A stretch of DNA of 64,000 nt from assembly GCA_043818835.1 (NCBI GenBank), contig JBDRFK010000010.1, positions 9,507 through 73,506 of the forward strand, read 5' to 3'. The notes beneath the pieces were generated by a model. The model was given only the letters and a program-made list of their open reading frames with translations, did not search any database and was not told the origin of the DNA. The DNA comes from a bacterium. GTDB taxonomy: Bacteria > Patescibacteriota > Minisyncoccia > Portnoybacterales > UBA2143. Of this stretch, positions 61,287 to 64,000 are shown piece by piece (position 1 is the stretch's first letter; each line of letters begins with the position of its first letter). Position numbers and translations under genes: made by a program.

Positions 61287-61721
61287 ATGGCTCAATCAAA
61301 TAAAAAAACTATAAGGAAAATTCTTGGTTCAAAAACTTTTTTAGTTTTAATTTTATTTGCATTGATTGGAATAGTGTTAAGTGTAGGACGGGAAAGTTAT
61401 AATAAATATCAATTAACCAAAGAAATAAATAAGTTAAAAGGTGATATCGAAAAAATAGAAGGGCGGAATAGCCAGCTTGCCGATTTGATGGACTATTTCT
61501 CAGAAGATTCTTTTTTAGAGAAAGAGGCTAAGGTTAAGTTGAATTTACAAAAGCCGGGTGAGAAAGTAGTTATATTCTCAGATGTCTATAGTGACGATGT
61601 AACGGATAGTGTTAATTCTCAGGAGGCGATAGATAATTCTGATAATCAAGATAACAATGACCGATTGGCAAATTGTTGGAAATGGTGGGAATATTTCTTT
61701 AATCCGCCTCTGGAGGATTAG
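61287..61721 (+). CDS. septum formation initiator family protein (FtsB/DivIC-like)
   Basis: N-terminal TM helix, coiled coil and EKEAKVKLNLQKPGEKVV (FtsB-type motif). Confidence 0.7.
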   Translation: MAQSNKKTIRKILGSKTFLVLILFALIGIVLSVGRESYNKYQLTKEINKLKGDIEKIEGRNSQLADLMDYFSEDSFLEKEAKVKLNLQKPGEKVVIFSDVYSDDVTDSVNSQEAIDNSDNQDNNDRLANCWKWWEYFFNPPLED

Positions 61722-61727
61722 AATGTC

Positions 61728-61798
61728 GCGAGTGTAGTATAGTGGCAGTATGCGACCTTCCCAAGGTTGAGACGAGGGTTCGATTCCCTTCACTCGCT
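61728..61798 (+). tRNA. tRNA-Gly (CCC)
   Basis: GCGAGUG acceptor; anticodon loop UUCCCAA; T-loop GGUUCGAUUCC. Confidence 0.8.
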
Positions 61799-61806
61799 CT
61801 AGGACT

Positions 61807-61878
61807 GCCAACATAGCTCAGGGGTAGAGCAACTCTTTCGTAAAGAGTAGGTCGGGGGTTCAAATCCCTCTGTTGGCT
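61807..61878 (+). tRNA. tRNA-Thr (CGT)
   Basis: GCCAACAUAGCUCAGGGGUAGAGC; anticodon loop UUCGUAA; T-loop GGUUCAAAUCC. Confidence 0.8.
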
Positions 61879-61922
61879 CTGGTAAGTATTTTGTCTATTT
61901 CTAAAACTGTGTTAAAATATTT

Positions 61923-62687
61923 ATGAAAGAATTAAAAAACAAATTAATTGGAAAATACGATAAGAATAAAGCTATTGTGTCTATTTATGCTGGAGCGGGT
62001 GGGGCAGATGCGCAGGACTGGGCGGAAATATTGTTGAGGATGTATCTTAGGTATGCTCAAAAAAATAACTGGTCAGCCAAGGTATTGCAAATTAAAGAGG
62101 GTAAAGAGGCGGGGATAAAAAATGTGACCTTGTCTATCAATGAGCCATACACTTATGGATATTTGAAAGGTGAGACAGGTGTGCATCGTTTGGTAAGAAT
62201 TTCTCCATTCAGTTCTGCTAAGTTACGTCATACTTCTTTTGCGATGGTTGATATTTTACCAGAACTTGGAGATATGGGGGAAATAAAAATAGATCCACAA
62301 GATTTAAGAGTTGATACCTATAGGGCCAGTGGTCCGGGTGGGCAGTATGTTAATAAGACAGAATCGGCAGTAAGAATTACACATTTTCCAACGGGCGTTG
62401 TTGTTGCTTGTCAAAGTGAGCGTTTGCAGGGAGAAAATAAGAAACAAGCAATGAAATTGCTTTATGCTAAATTGCATCAACTTTTATTAAAAAGTAAAGA
62501 GAAAGAGATTAGTAAATTGAAAGGCGATGCTGTGTCAATTGAATGGGGGAATCAAATTCGTTCTTATGTTCTACATCCTTATCAGATGATCAAAGACCAT
62601 CGTACAGGCGTAAAAAGTTCCAGTCCTGATAAGGTATTAGATGGTGATTTAGATAAGTTTATTGAAGCAGAAATTAAAAATATTTAA
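61923..62687 (+). CDS. prfB: peptide chain release factor 2-type protein (SPF and GGQ motifs) lacking the ~110 aa N-terminal domain 1
   Basis: RISPFSS (SPF), RASGPGGQYVNKTESAVRI (GGQ). The ORF starts 45 nt after tRNA-Thr, so no upstream coding room and no frameshift site. Confidence 0.75.
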   Translation: MKELKNKLIGKYDKNKAIVSIYAGAGGADAQDWAEILLRMYLRYAQKNNWSAKVLQIKEGKEAGIKNVTLSINEPYTYGYLKGETGVHRLVRISPFSSAKLRHTSFAMVDILPELGDMGEIKIDPQDLRVDTYRASGPGGQYVNKTESAVRITHFPTGVVVACQSERLQGENKKQAMKLLYAKLHQLLLKSKEKEISKLKGDAVSIEWGNQIRSYVLHPYQMIKDHRTGVKSSSPDKVLDGDLDKFIEAEIKNI

Positions 62688-62706
62688 GTGCTTAATTAGC
62701 TATTTT

Positions 62707-63387
62707 ATGATACGTTTTAAACAAGTTTCAAAAATATATCCTCCCAATTGTCATGCTTTAGAGGATATAAATTTAATAATTAAAAGAAGAGAGTTTGTTT
62801 CTATTGCTGGCAAATCAGGTGCTGGCAAATCAACTTTAATTAAATTATTAATTCGTGAAGAAGCTCCATCAGTGGGTCAAGTTTTTTGGGATAAACAAAA
62901 TATTCACCATTTATCTGATAAAGAAATACCACATTGGCGCCGACAGATAGGAATTATATTTCAAGATTTTAAATTATTGCCTAACAAGAATGCCTATGAG
63001 AATATTGCTTTTGCAATGGAAGTTGGTGGTTGGGCTGACGAAGATATTGAACGTGATGTTCCGCAACTATTAAAACTTGTTGGTCTTGAAGAAAAAATGA
63101 ATAACTTTCCAAATCAGCTTTCTGGTGGAGAACAACAGCGTGTGGCAATCGCGCGAGCCTTGGCTCATCGTCCAGAAATATTAATTGCTGATGAACCGAC
63201 AGGTAATTTAGATATTCATCATACATGGGATATTATCCGTCTTCTAATGAAAATTAATGAACTAGGAACAACTGTAATTCTTTCAACTCATAATGTTGAT
63301 GTGATAAATGGATTAGAGCGACGTGTGGTCACCATGGAAAATGGTAAAATAATTAAAGACGAAGTCAAAGGAGAATATAATATATAA
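62707..63387 (+). CDS. ftsE: cell division ATP-binding protein FtsE
   Basis: Walker A GKSGAGKST, ABC signature LSGGEQQRVAIARAL, Walker B ILIADEPT. Confidence 0.9.
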   Translation: MIRFKQVSKIYPPNCHALEDINLIIKRREFVSIAGKSGAGKSTLIKLLIREEAPSVGQVFWDKQNIHHLSDKEIPHWRRQIGIIFQDFKLLPNKNAYENIAFAMEVGGWADEDIERDVPQLLKLVGLEEKMNNFPNQLSGGEQQRVAIARALAHRPEILIADEPTGNLDIHHTWDIIRLLMKINELGTTVILSTHNVDVINGLERRVVTMENGKIIKDEVKGEYNI

Positions 63388-63392
63388 ATATT

Positions 63393-64000
63393 ATGAAAAA
63401 TAAATTAGCAACTTCTATTATAAGAGTTTCTAAGGCGGGTTGTACAAATTTTTGGCGGAATAAGTGGCTGTCGGTGGCAGCTATCGCTATGATGTTTTTA
63501 ACTATTTTAACGATTGTCGGTTTATTGATGACCAATGTCTTAGTAAATTCGTTTGCTGCTAGTTTAGAGGATAAAATAGACATTAGTGTTTATTTTAATC
63601 TAGAAGCTTCAGAGGAGAAAATTTTAGAGACAAAAAAAGATTTGGCAAAACTTAGCGAGGTGCGTAATGTGGAATATATTTCTTCAGAAGAAGCATATAA
63701 TCGTTTTAAGGAGAAACATAAAGAAAATTCTGTTTTAATGCAAAGTCTGCAGGAGGTGGGTGATAATCCGCTTAAGCCGAGTTTAAATATTCAAGCGCAA
63801 AGTGCTTCTCAATATAATATTATTGCCAGTTTCTTTGATAAAGATAAATATCAGGAGATTGTGGATAAAATAAATTATCAGGAAAATGAAATTATTATCA
63901 ATCGTTTATCTTCTATGACTACTACTATTCGTAAATTTGGTTTTATTTTCTTATTGTCTCTGGCGATAATCGCTGTCTTTGTAACCTTTAATACTATTCG
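63393..64000 (+). CDS. ftsX: cell division permease FtsX (3' end truncated by the window)
   Basis: N-terminal cytoplasmic region, TM1, then periplasmic domain; conserved position after ftsE. Confidence 0.75.
   Translation, partial: MKNKLATSIIRVSKAGCTNFWRNKWLSVAAIAMMFLTILTIVGLLMTNVLVNSFAASLEDKIDISVYFNLEASEEKILETKKDLAKLSEVRNVEYISSEEAYNRFKEKHKENSVLMQSLQEVGDNPLKPSLNIQAQSASQYNIIASFFDKDKYQEIVDKINYQENEIIINRLSSMTTTIRKFGFIFLLSLAIIAVFVTFNTI

Overview
Low-GC, gene-dense bacterial chromosome segment in standard code 11 (TGA, TAA and TAG all used as stops). The compact ribosomal-protein operon without L30, gatCAB, two type IV pilin-like genes and the many small hypothetical proteins are consistent with a small-genome bacterium (Patescibacteria/CPR-like is a guess). 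Layout: r-protein spc operon, secY, adk, map | thrS, pilin, dnaE (minus) | ligA, gatC, gatA | a ~4.7 kb accessory block next to three tRNAs | pheST, gyrB, secE-nusG-rplK | a thymidylate/one-carbon cluster (HldE-like nucleotidyltransferase, dCMP-deaminase-like, DHFR-HIT fusion, thyA, glyA, folD) | gatB, miaA, miaB | glycolysis (tpiA, pgk), recJ, rnhA | RNase P RNA (minus) | a cell-envelope glycosyltransferase cluster, a DUF4012-like giant protein, murJ | lepA, ftsB-like, two tRNAs, a short RF2, ftsEX. Four things stand out. (1) The accessory block holds a previously unannotated 41-aa Cys-rich ORF followed by a radical-SAM/SPASM enzyme, a PqqD-like recognition protein, a terminator and two HExxH proteins; this looks like a ranthipeptide/sactipeptide-type RiPP operon. 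(2) A dense family (at least 12 copies) of short palindromic elements with TGTCATTC...GAATGACA ends sits in intergenic spacers, is inserted in frame into folD, gatB, miaB, lepA and a glycosyltransferase, and occupies the P12 position of RNase P RNA. This resembles Rickettsia palindromic elements. (3) Heptanucleotide tandem repeats (AAGTTNN x4) occur at three loci, one of which frameshifts ligA. (4) Two further recurring perfect palindromes were found, 36 bp and 16 bp. No CRISPR array, transposase or integrase was seen.
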